Below, piece by piece: positions 49,438-60,549 of a DNA stretch of 64,000 nucleotides. Positions within the stretch are counted from its first letter, which is position 1. Each line of letters begins with the position of its first letter. The DNA comes from Lama glama. Lineage: Eukaryota. A program made the translations under genes and the position numbers. The notes beneath the pieces are model-generated. The model saw only the letters and a list, made by a program, of their open reading frames with translations, was not told the origin of the DNA and ran no database searches. The DNA lies in assembly GCA_028534125.1 (NCBI GenBank), contig CM052818.1, forward strand, positions 41,666,001 to 41,730,000, given 5' to 3'.

Positions 49438-50997
49438 CTATAAAGAAATTATGATGTTCTCCCGAGAAACTTAAATATTATAAATCCCTGTGCTCAGAAG
49501 CCACTCCGAACAAGATGGCAGAAACATCTCCCACAGGTTAGTTAGCAAAGCACCGATTGGGTCAAGTGAGAATTTATTTTTTGATGGATGAGACAAAGTA
49601 AGGAAATACATATTATAACAGTAGAAAAGATAGATTTTTATCCCAAATAAATTCTATAAAAACTATTTTATTCTAAAACCCTGTTGGGTGATTCCATCTG
49701 CTGGGTGGGGGTTTTTGTTTTTGCTGTTTTTTTTTTTGGCGGGGAGGTGGAAGCTATTCCTAAGAAAGAGAAAGATAAATTCACATTTACTCCATTTTGG
49801 CAGGGGGTGGAATTCATCTCAAAAGAATACTTGAGCATTGTCACATTACATGAGAATAATTTCTTACATGGTTAACTTGGAATTCTCCAATTTCTCCAGT
49901 TCTGATCGTGAGCTCTAAAAGAAACAGGCAAATGCACACACCCAAATCCACCAAATACTGAACATAAATTCTGGCCAGTTCTCTGGTGCAGTTCAGTGTC
50001 AGCAACTCCATCTTGGAGGGGCCTGCCCCAACAGCACACATGTGGGAGTCAAGGTCATAGCCACTGTCTTGCAAAATGGTCTTCCTTGAGTACCCCAGTT
50101 GGCGATGACCCAGTGAAGGATGCCAGGGCATGGGGTGGGGGTTGGTTAGGGCTTCCCTAATCCTCCAGGGAGATGGGGTTAGGCTGGTTTCCTTCAACAG
50201 CAACCCAGAATTCCAAAGGCGGGAGACATGGCCGCTGCTCTATGGCTGATAAGCAGGGTTTTCATAATCTCACCTCTTCTGAAGCTTCCTCTGTCCTTGA
50301 GGCATTTTTGAGTCCTCCTTGGAAGACAAGTTTTTTCTGACCCTGTACATGGTGCAGCTCTTTCTTCTGAGCAGACAGAGTGACTTCATAGACCTATCAC
50401 ATCTTAATCTTTTTTTTTATGAATTTATATCCTGGGGTAACAGTGGAGAAGGCATGATTTTATGATTATTAATTATTATTACATTATTACAGTTCTCCAG
50501 TCTGGCTCTTTGATGTTTACAAGTTCAGACACCATGTGATTTCCAAACTAGATTTCATAACCTTAAACTACCTTTCCATTTGGCTCAGGTCCATCCTATT
50601 CTGTTTTAGATCTTGTGTATGTTTGGCTTAAATGATGAATTGGCCGTGTTGTTTATTTTGCCACATGGCTCAGAGGCATCAGGAGAGACGGCATTTGGGA
50701 TGCATCTGCACTGAAACATAGCTACAAAGCTTGGGTGTCAAAGCTTGTCAGCACCTGCCGGCTAGCTGCGCCCTGGGTTACCCATTGCATTCTGCCCCAT
50801 CTATTGTACCACTAGCCTCATAACGGTGTGAGCTTCAGACCTACGGTCTAGATTGGCTGATCAAACTGGAAAGTCTCCATTTTACAGGGATATTTGGTTT
50901 CGGTAGTCACAAATATTAGGTGTATATGTGTGTATGGAATAACTTGAACTAAGATGAAAAAACTATGCTGGGTACAGATCATGAAGGCTCTTGAGGG

Positions 50998-51184
50998 CCT
51001 GGTACTTAAAATGTGGTCCCTAGAACAGCAACATCAACATTAGCTGGGAACGTGCTACAAATGCAAATTCCCAGGTACCATCCTAGGCCTACTGTATCAG
51101 AAACTCTGAGCCTGGGCTCATCAAGGTGTGTTTTCAAAATTCCTCCAGGTGACTCAGATGCACAGTCAAGTTTGAGAACCACTG
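50998..51184 (+). mobile_element. MER5A inserted in a minus-strand L2 (about 50940-51510)
   Basis: tgtggtccc...aatgcaaattc...cagaaactctg...ctccaggtgactcagatgcac...aagtttgagaaccactg. Confidence 0.88.
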
Positions 51185-52381
51185 GTGTGGGGAATGGGGA
51201 GCTATTGAAATGCTAGGCTGTGGAGAAACATAGTCATCCATGTATATGTTTTAGAAAAGGCTCTCTTGAAACAGGAGAGACATTGAAGCCAGTGGAGAAT
51301 AGTAAACCACTTTATTGCCAAATTCTGAGCAAGGGCATGATGAGTGTCTGAGCCAGGATGTGGCAACAGGGCTAAAACACATTGGACTCATCTGAAAGAT
51401 GTCAAGGAGGTAGAATTTACAGTGCTTGGTCACTGGTTAATTATTGAATGTGAAGGATGGCTCCCAGCTTCCGTCTTAGGTGGATGATGGCATGCAACAA
51501 GATAAAACACAAGGTAAGATCCTTTTTCCTGGAACCCCAAAGAAACCAGAGGACAAAAATCCAACCTAGTTGTATTTGTATGGTTTTGGCCACTTGGCCA
51601 GAACTCCAGAGAAAGGATTCTGTTGAAAGGCGGACAATAAAGTATCAACCACATTGTCATGAACACAATGAGGCATATTGAAACCACATGCTTCATGGAT
51701 CTGAATGCATGTTATGATGGTTCTGTCATCACTTCTGTTGGGCACCTGTATTTTTAGCGGTGAATGAATTGGCTGTGAAGATTCAGGCTGAGACTGAACA
51801 CAGACAGGAGTGTTCTGTTGGCACACCAGCTTCGGGTGCTGGTTTATGTAGAACATGTCACACTCGTTAGCCACGTTGCGTCAGCCCTTGGACATGGGCA
51901 ACTTTGCTGTTACTAAGGATATGGTTTTGGCCACGGTCTGCATGAATGCAGGCACCAAGAAGCCATGTAAGAGTAGCTAATCTGTGTGGTCACAGACTTC
52001 AAATGGCCAGAGTTCAACCCAGTCATAGCGTTTTACTGTGGAAAGAGACCTCAACTGTAAGTAGTGAATCCACTTATTTCAGAGATGGAAAAGTTAAGAT
52101 CTGAGGAGAGAAATGATTCGCCAAAGGCCAGGGATCCCATTCAGGGCAGAGGGGGGATACTTTCCTGCATTATCGCTTCCTGGCAATGCTTTACATCAGC
52201 TCGCATCCTACTCAATAATAGTGATAAAGATGAACACACTGAGTGCTTTTCTAAACCAGCAGGCACAGTGATGCGCATTTCCCATGAATCATTTCACTCA
52301 GTCTCCGTATCAACATTCTACATTGGGGACTGATATTGTATCCATTTAGCAGATGGGAAAACAGTCTTAGAAAGATTGAGT

Positions 52382-52579
52382 TTTTTTTTTTTAATTGAAG
52401 TATAGTCAATATCGTGTTAGTTTCTGGTGTACAGCATAGAGATTCAGTTATACACATATATGTATTATTTTTCATTTTAGGTTATTACAAGATATTGAGT
52501 ATAGTTTCCTGTGCTATACAGTAGGACCTTGTTGTTTATCTCTTTTATATGTAGTAGTTTGTATCTGTGAATCCCAAAC
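52382..52579 (-). mobile_element. 5'-truncated artiodactyl-type L1 3' end inside a MIR
   Basis: Poly-T followed by the L1 3' UTR antisense; perfect 13-bp TSD agaaagattgagt at 52369-52381 and 52580-52592. Confidence 0.93.
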
Positions 52580-53509
52580 AGAAAGATTGAGTCCTTGCTC
52601 AAGGTAATTCAATCAGCTAGTATGTGTTAAAGCGTGATTTTGAAGCCAGACACCTGACTCTAGAATCTGTGGTTTCAACATTGATGCTATGTTTTTCCTC
52701 TTACTGTGAACCTTTCTGGAGCCCCTCCCCGCAAGAAGAGCTAACCTCTCCCTGTGTGTTCCAGCAGACTCCATGCCTCCTTCTCTCACAACCCTTCCCT
52801 CTCTTAGGTGTTATTATCCGCTGTCTCATCTACACTGGCAGGAAGTTTGAGATTCTCTCCTCAGCACCATTGTCAAGCCTTACTTACAGGCTATCTATCT
52901 ACCAGTTGATTGTAAGTTCTGAGGGGAAAGATGCCCCAACCATCTTGGTCACAGCCACGCACATGCCTGGCACCTAGTAAATGCTCAGTTAAATACAGTT
53001 TAAGAGAATGGATGTGTAGAGGGATGAGGACTCCGCAAGGGCAGGGACTGTGTGTTTGTCATATCTATTTCTCCTTCAAAGTCTACCATGCAATTGTCAT
53101 GCCATGGGAACCCATAAAAGGGTTTTAAAGCAGGAATCAGGAGGAGGATTTGTCCCAGAACATAGAACTAAGATGGGTCACAAGTGACTTCAGGAGGAAT
53201 TTGTCCCTACAGGAATAGAGGAGGCAGCTGGTATAGAAAAGAGAGTTTGGAGAATCCCAGGGACAAACTTTGGTGACCTCATGAAACTTTTCCACGTGTG
53301 GAGCACTGCAAGTCTAGAAGCATTCTTGACAGGGATGAGGGAGAAGGTGAGACCGAGGGCTACCTTTGCTTAGCTTCCACGTTGTCAGCCTCCCGTCCTC
53401 CTGTCACACAGCCCACAGGGGCCACAGCTCCTGCCCTTCAGGTTGAAGAACTGTGGCAATGCACATAGTAGACATACTGTAAATGTCAAGTGAGTCACAT
53501 TAGAAAAAC

Positions 53510-53725
53510 ACCGATAATCTTCCTTAACACTTATTAAGCACCTACTGCAAACCAATCTCTCTAAGCATTGTGTGTGGGTCATGTGTCTATAAGGTATATA
53601 TGGATACAGAGCTTTACCCTCAGTTTCTCATGGAGAAAACTGAAGTCCCAGGAGATAGAATTTCCTGCCTCTGTGGACACAGCTCACAGTTGGCCAAACA
53701 GGACTGGAATCAGGTTTAGCACACT
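53510..53725 (-). mobile_element. MIR
   Basis: cacttattaagcacctact...gagaaaactgaagtcccaggaga. Confidence 0.7.
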
Positions 53726-54853
53726 TCCCCACCATCTTCGACCAGCGGTGGGGGGGATCGCTGCCGCAGCCCTGATCCGAGTCACACGCAGGCTCATCCT
53801 CAGGAGCCCGTCTTTCTCTGACTGCGTATTTGGGGCGAGGCTGGGAGCTTAGAGCAATATACCATTAGGATGGCGGGAGCACGGAGGGAGGGATCCAGGT
53901 GAAGGCGTGGACAGAGGCCTGGGAATCGTGGGTCGGGGTGGGAAGGGACAGGAGGCAGTTTACTTCCTTTCCTGTGGGTGACCTGTGTCTTCATCGCCTG
54001 GTGTCCCTAAAAGATGTCCCAGAAAGTCCTGCCAGTATGAGATGTGCTCTAGACTAGACAGTGGCCCTTTGGAGACCTTGAGGATGTCATTCCCTGGGGG
54101 AGGAGAGGGGGCTGGTTGGACTGCACTCGGAAGGCAGAGAATCACAGAGCCGGGCGTGACCTCAGACCCCCCTCACCTCTCCACCAGGAAATGGGGCTCA
54201 GACATTGTGGGGAGCTATTTCTGGAACAACGGGGGGAAGGCGGGCGGGGTCTGGGCCTCGTCCACTGGCAGCAGCGGGCGTCACCTACTCCGTGGGCTGC
54301 CTTGCTGTGTGGTCCCAAGGCAGCCCTTTAAAGGCCAGGCCTTTTGTCTGTGGAGAGGATGGTGATAATGCAGCTGGGCTCCTGGGGGCCCTGAATGAGA
54401 GTCAGGGATTGAAAAGAGCCGGGCAGCCGCTCCGATGGGAAGGCGGTGACAGTGTGGTTCCCTGCTGGATCTGAGCTGCCATGAAAGCCTGGCTCCCCTG
54501 ACCCAGCCCTCCGGCCACCACATCGCACCAGCCTTGCAGTCTGGGCGCGTGTGCGTGTGTGCAGGTGTCTACAGATGCTCGGTGGTTCTGATCAGGGAAT
54601 GACTTCTCTGGAAATGGCCTTTGTGGGTGTCTCTCTCCCCTGTGTAGGATGGATCTGCCCCTCCCCCTCTTCTTCCTGCCTTCCACCCTGTGATCCCACC
54701 TTTCCCTGCCTGGGGTCCAGGAGATGAGCTACATCGTAGGAGCAAGGTCTCCCCTCTCCAGTGCACTTGCGTGAGCACTTCACAATCCACGTTCTTGATA
54801 TTTACCAGGAGAAGACTCCTTGAGGTGCCCTCACCAAGAGAAGGAACACTTCT

Positions 54854-55017
54854 TTTGTTTGTTTTTGTTTAGTTGCGTTTTTTTTGGGGGGGTGGTAATT
54901 AAGTCTATTATTTATTTACATATTAATTTTTTTTTTTTAATGGAGGTGCTGTGGATTGAACCCGGGACCTCGTGCATGCCAAACATGCACTCTACCACTG
55001 AGCTGTACACCCCCCCC
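54854..55017 (-). mobile_element. tRNA-derived SINE, camelid Vic-1 type
   Basis: Same structure as 24606-24763 (aatggaggtgctgtggattgaacccgggacctcgtgcatgc...ctctaccactgagct); TSD aaggaacacttct / agggaacatttct (11/13). Confidence 0.88.
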
Positions 55018-55645
55018 AAAAAAGGGAACATTTCTATCATGAGAACTAACTCTCCACCAGGCAATGTGTTGATCACTTTACATTAGGACCTGTAATTCTC
55101 AAAAGTCATTTCGAGTGGGAGATCCTTCATGCCATCTTGCTGATGAAGATATTAAGGATCAGAGACATTGAGTGAAATATCCACACTGCACAGCTAGCAA
55201 GTGGTAGAGTCCATGGTCTTTTGTTATCCTGTCAAGACTCCTGAGGCTGACCTGGGATGCTCCTGAGCCCTGCTGTCTCCTCTCAGCTCTGGGAGGGACT
55301 GTGGGTCCTTCCCCCTTGTCGGAGCCTCAGTTCCTAAACCTGGTTTCTCTATGGTGAGCCAGTTCCTGTGTTTATTCTCCCATCTCAGCTTTGGCCAAAA
55401 GCAGACAGCCCACAGAAGTAATAGACTAGGGGTTCTGTTGCCTGGTGTGTGTAACTGTGTGCCAATCCCAGCAGGCCTCAGTTTCCCCATCAGTGGCATG
55501 GGATCCTTCCAGAATGATATTTCAGGGTCTTTCCAGCTCTGACTTCATTTCATTTCATTTCATTTCATCGCTAGACACCCTCCCAGCGCTGAAATCCCAC
55601 TGTCTCAGAAGGCTTGATCCCTTCTGGCTAGTCTGTCTTAAGGTA

Positions 55646-55664
55646 TAGCGCCACCTTCTGGTGA
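55646..55664 (-). promoter_or_regulatory. Candidate CTCF binding site
   Basis: Minus strand TCACCAGAAGGTGGCGCTA versus consensus TGGCCACCAGGGGGCGCTA; lies in non-repeat sequence with the CpG retained. Confidence 0.7.
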
Positions 55665-56553
55665 TCAGTTTACTCCGATTTTTTTTTTTCCCTTTGGCCA
55701 GTTCGGATTCTCTGCTTGGTTCCTCCCTTTTCCAGAAACTAGACTGAACACCTGATGACTAGGCCGAGTGCCCTGGGTGTGGACATCTCTCTGCAAAGCT
55801 GCAGGCATGGTTAGGGGTGGGTTGTGGCTAGACTCAGTTTCCTGCACTCAGGATGGTGCTGGTGGCTTTCCCAGTGCCAAGATCCCTCTGTGAGCCTGGG
55901 GACTGGCCACCAGGGCTCGGAAACCAGAGGGCCTTGGGTGGCAGCAGCTGAATGTCCCAAATTCATGAGGGACATGTTCCATCTGGAAGCCAGGGCGTGA
56001 ATGGACGAGGTCCACGGCACATTTCCTCTTTCCTTTTTACTTCCTTTTGTTACTGTTTTTCTTTTGAAGGCAAAGAAGGAGGCTTCAGGAAAACAAATGG
56101 GTGGTCAAGTTTCAGAGACTCTATGAGTTTTGGGATTTTTTTTTTTTTGGTTGGGAAAAGGGGACATGAGAAGAGTGTGCGTTTAGAAATTTTCTTCTCT
56201 AAGGGAAATACAAAAGGTTTCTCTGAGTATGTGGCCTTTGTCTCTCTGATGCCTGTCCCCTGAACAGGTCTCGGGAGCCACCCTCCCCCACCTCACACCC
56301 AGCTGTGGGGGGCTCATCCCCCAGGACCTGTGGGCCCCCTCATAGTGAGCATAGGGTTTGGACTCATTTCCAGCTTGGAGAAATCCGACTGCCTCCACAC
56401 AGGACAGGCTGGGGGCGGCTTTAAATTCCTGGAAGTGCACTTAGTGTTTATTTGGGGATATTTGCTGAACAAACTCTGGCAGGTAGGCGACCGGATTCCA
56501 GAGTCACCAGGAACTCACTGCTCTGTGAGATCTTAAGCAAGTACTTCCCCCCC

Positions 56554-57053
56554 NNNNNNNNNNNNNNNNNNNNNNNNNNNNNNNNNNNNNNNNNNNNNNN
56601 NNNNNNNNNNNNNNNNNNNNNNNNNNNNNNNNNNNNNNNNNNNNNNNNNNNNNNNNNNNNNNNNNNNNNNNNNNNNNNNNNNNNNNNNNNNNNNNNNNNN
56701 NNNNNNNNNNNNNNNNNNNNNNNNNNNNNNNNNNNNNNNNNNNNNNNNNNNNNNNNNNNNNNNNNNNNNNNNNNNNNNNNNNNNNNNNNNNNNNNNNNNN
56801 NNNNNNNNNNNNNNNNNNNNNNNNNNNNNNNNNNNNNNNNNNNNNNNNNNNNNNNNNNNNNNNNNNNNNNNNNNNNNNNNNNNNNNNNNNNNNNNNNNNN
56901 NNNNNNNNNNNNNNNNNNNNNNNNNNNNNNNNNNNNNNNNNNNNNNNNNNNNNNNNNNNNNNNNNNNNNNNNNNNNNNNNNNNNNNNNNNNNNNNNNNNN
57001 NNNNNNNNNNNNNNNNNNNNNNNNNNNNNNNNNNNNNNNNNNNNNNNNNNNNN
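56554..57053. other. Assembly gap (500 N)
   Basis: Run of N. Confidence 1.
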
Positions 57054-58993
57054 GGGTGGTGGTGGCAGGGAGCATGGGGGTTACTGCACGGATACCTGGT
57101 TCTCTCCACCCAGCTGACATATTTCTACAGACATAGAAAGCAGAGCAGCCCTAACTCAGCAAAGGGAGTCCCAAAGTCAGACACAGCTAATCTGCAGGGT
57201 ATTTTCAAACGCATAGCCGTGGGTTATTGACAAGAAGGTGCCAGGAAGAAGGCAAGATGGTGGTTTTGCCCAAACCAGGGGCCAGCTCCCTGTGCCATGG
57301 GTCTGCAGTCGCTGGATGGACAGAGGTGGCCCTCTGGAATGTGTGTCTCTTTTGCAGCCTAAGATTTGGGCCTGATTTAAACAGGAATGGGTTGTTTTTC
57401 AAATAAAAATTACTCAATTCAAAGACTATGTGTGGCTTCTCAAAAGCAGCAACAGCTGAGAAACGCACACTGGTCCGGGATGAAATTCAAGCCGGGCCAA
57501 CCTAATCGCCATGACGGGGACTTTGGAATGAGGATGAAATGCCTCCGCAGTATCGGACAGACGGCTCTGCCTCTTCCCAAGCCGGCCGGGGCATTCCCCG
57601 TGAAAGCCCTTTGATAAGAAGAAGCAGGCTCCTGGGAGGCGAGCCACCCACCACTTTCTGAGGCGCTATTGTCCTGAGATGGGGGATCGCGAGGTGGGGC
57701 TCTGGCCCGCGAGCTGCCCTGTCAGGTCCACGGGGCGGCAGCCACACAAAGCTGCTCGTCCTGCAATGGGCCATTCATGGCGGCCTCAAGGTTCCCTGAT
57801 GGGAGCCCATTGACCCCAGGATAATAGATGAAAGTGTTTTCTCACTTGCCTTCGCCTCCTGACCCCTTGCCACCATTTTTCATGCACCGTCTCCTCTCCA
57901 GCCAGACGGAGGAATTCTTCCTCTGATGATAAAGGCTCGATGACCCTCTCCTGTAGCCCATAAGCTGGCTGCTGGCTAGAGGGTTGAGGAAGGAGGGGGA
58001 GGTCTCTGCATAATGCACCCCAGCCAGGCAAAGGTCATTTCCTCCCACCCCCACTTCTGCACACACACACACCATGCACACACACCAAATCACAGGAGCT
58101 GTACCCCTTAACAAAACTTTAAACTAGTGAATTTGTCCACTTGCTTGCTTCCTGGCTTGTTTAATTGTTTTTTGGGGGTGGGGAGTTGACTTCTGGGGGT
58201 GGGGGTGAATCTACCCAGCTCAAGAAGAGTTTCAAGTTCAATGCTCAAAGTGTTGCCCAGTCCCGCTGTCTTCTCAGAAGGATCAAGTCACCAAGCGCGT
58301 GGGGGCAGCAGAGCGAGCTGCAGCGTTGGTCCTTGGATGTTACTACCGGAATGATCTCAGACCACCCAGCGAAGCCCAAGCACTCCGCGGAAGCCCCGAG
58401 GAGACGTGAGGGACCTGGGTCTCCTGGCCACTTGGCATCACTCCTAAGAGTGGCACCTGCTCTCCAGACTCCACTCCAGGGCTCTGTCCACACCAGGATG
58501 CTTGTTTCAAAGGATATTCTCAGAGATGTAACAGGCAGGCAACAATCAGGCCTCAGCAAGGGTGTTTCGTCACAGCTCAACATCACAGAGCCAACACATC
58601 CTTCTTTTTGTGGCCCTCAAACTAGAGGCGGTGGCCCTCAGAAAGGAGTGAACCGACAAGAGCTCGGATGAAGAAACAATCAGTGTGGCTGGGCCTGAGG
58701 TTCTCAGCCTGCCGGTAGCTCCTCATGTGATAAGTGACCCTCCGTTCTGCCTCTTTCTGCTTCATTGCCTCACGCTGCGTGGGCCCTGGACCCTGGGAGA
58801 CACCAAGACAAGCCAGGAGGCTCTGACCTTTTACCATCTGTGGAAGGCGCTCAAAGATCTGTAGGTGTGAGTGATGGCAACGCAGCCAGTCTGTGTGTTG
58901 GGGCCTCCTCACCACAATCTGGGCTGGGAAGGGCCCAGAGATCATCCGGGCACCCCTCACCGTGTTATGGACAGAAAGCTGAGAGTCAGCTCA

Positions 58994-59600
58994 CAGGGAG
59001 AATTTTACAGTGGAACATTGGGGACCCTGAGTTGCATAGGACCCTTCCAGGGTCCTTGTATTATTCAAGGTTGTACAGAGAAACAGAAGCAATGGGGTGG
59101 GTGGGTGTGTGTGCGTGTGCGCGCGTATGGAGAAAGCAAAGGAGAGAGAGAGGGGGAGATGCACCTCAAGAAACTGGATCACATGATTATGGAGGCTTGG
59201 TAAGCATAAAACCTGCAGGGTAGACCAGTAGGCTGGAGGCCCAGGGAAAGGTTGCAGCTCAAGACTGAAGGCCATCTGCTGGCAGATTTCTCTCTTTTTC
59301 CAGGGAGGTCAGTCTTTTTCGATTAAGGCCTTTACTGATTGAATGAGGCCCCCACACACTATGGTTTATTCAAAGTCCACTTATTTAAATGTTAATATCA
59401 TCCAAAAAAGCGTCTTCATAAAAACACCCAGAATCATGCTTGACCAGATACCTGGGCCCTGGGACCTAGCCATGTCGACACGTAAAATGAACTATCACAG
59501 CCCTGTTATCTAATTAAGTGTTTATCATTTTTATCCTCTTCTTAAGAAAAGGCTCCCCAAATTCCAAAGCTTCAGGCCTCACAGCACCTGGTCACCCAGC
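58994..59600. mobile_element. MER53 (hAT-type) split by an MLT2 LTR
   Basis: Left half ttgcataggacccttccagggtcct; right half gccctgttatctaatt...ccccaaattccaaagcttcaggcctcacagcacctgg. Confidence 0.7.
59057..59499 (-). mobile_element. ERVL solo LTR, MLT2B-like
   Basis: tgtattattcaagg...agagaaacagaa; actgattgaatgaggccc; ends aactatcaca; 5-bp TSD gtcct / gccct. Confidence 0.9.
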
Positions 59601-59869
59601 AATGTGGAGAGCTCACTGGATTAGAACCGAGGCTTCTGCCTCCCCTCGGGACCTCTGCCCAGGGACTCATGGGAGAATCCCCCATCTCTCAGGGGGAAGA
59701 GATGCCCCAAGAAAGCTCTGGCTGACCAAGGAGGCTGACGCACACTGACATGTGTCCAGAGGCGCACGGCCTCTCATCTAGTTTCCTGCAGAGGTTGGAG
59801 TCCCCTCTTGCACCCCCGTGACCTGCTGTGAAATGGACCCGCCCGGGTAACTGGTGGGTACAAGGAAAT

Positions 59870-60065
59870 CAGGAGACTCATGCGAGAGTCCTGAAACGGA
59901 CCTGAAGCCTCAGAGCCAAGCCCGGCCTCTCCTCAGCCTGCAGCATCGCGGCCCTGGCTGGCCCGACACCCCTGCGACAGGAAAACAAATGCTGGCTGTG
60001 TTGCTTGTTGCAAGTCATTGAGTTTAGGGGGTGGTTTGTTACACAGTGTTATCATGACAACAGCT
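59870..60065 (+). mobile_element. MLT1 (MaLR) LTR 3' part
   Basis: aagtcattgagtttagggggtggtttgttacacag. Confidence 0.65.
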
Positions 60066-60076
60066 CCCCGCTCGCA

Positions 60077-60155
60077 GGTCATGACAATCAAAAAACATCT
60101 CACATTGCCAGACTTCCCCAGGGAGGCAAAGTCACTCTCGGTTGAGAAATCATGG
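60077..60155 (-). mobile_element. MER20 fragment
   Basis: tgacaatcaaaaaacatctcacattgcca...ggcaaagtcactctcggttgagaa. Confidence 0.75.
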
Positions 60156-60332
60156 ATTAACAGAAATTGAAGCAAAATGAAGCTGAGCTTCCTTCACACC
60201 CTTCTTCAAGACTCAGTGCAAAGGTGGCCCTTTTTCTGTGAAGCTTTCCCTTCACTCTCTCTTAGGTCAGAACACTTGCTTCCTTCTCCGATCTAATCTC
60301 TATCATAGGGTTTATCCTGTTCTATTATTAAT

Positions 60333-60373
60333 CTTTTCTTCCTTTCTTCCTTTCTTCCTTTCTTCCTTCCTTC

Positions 60374-60447
<74 letters not shown>

Positions 60448-60549
60448 CTCTTTCTTTCTTTCTTTTCTTTCTTTCTCTTTCTTCCTTTCTTCCTTCCTTC
60501 CTCCCTCCCTCCCTTTCTCCCTTCCTTCATTCCTTCCTTTCTTTTTTCC
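60333..60549 (+). repeat. Compound polypyrimidine microsatellite (CTTTCTTC)n(TTTC)n(TTCC)n
   Basis: Directly visible. Confidence 0.98.

Noticed and set aside
52860..52880. REST/RE1-like ctcagcacca
   Set aside because: The right half-site (GGACAG) is missing, and it lies in L2-derived sequence.
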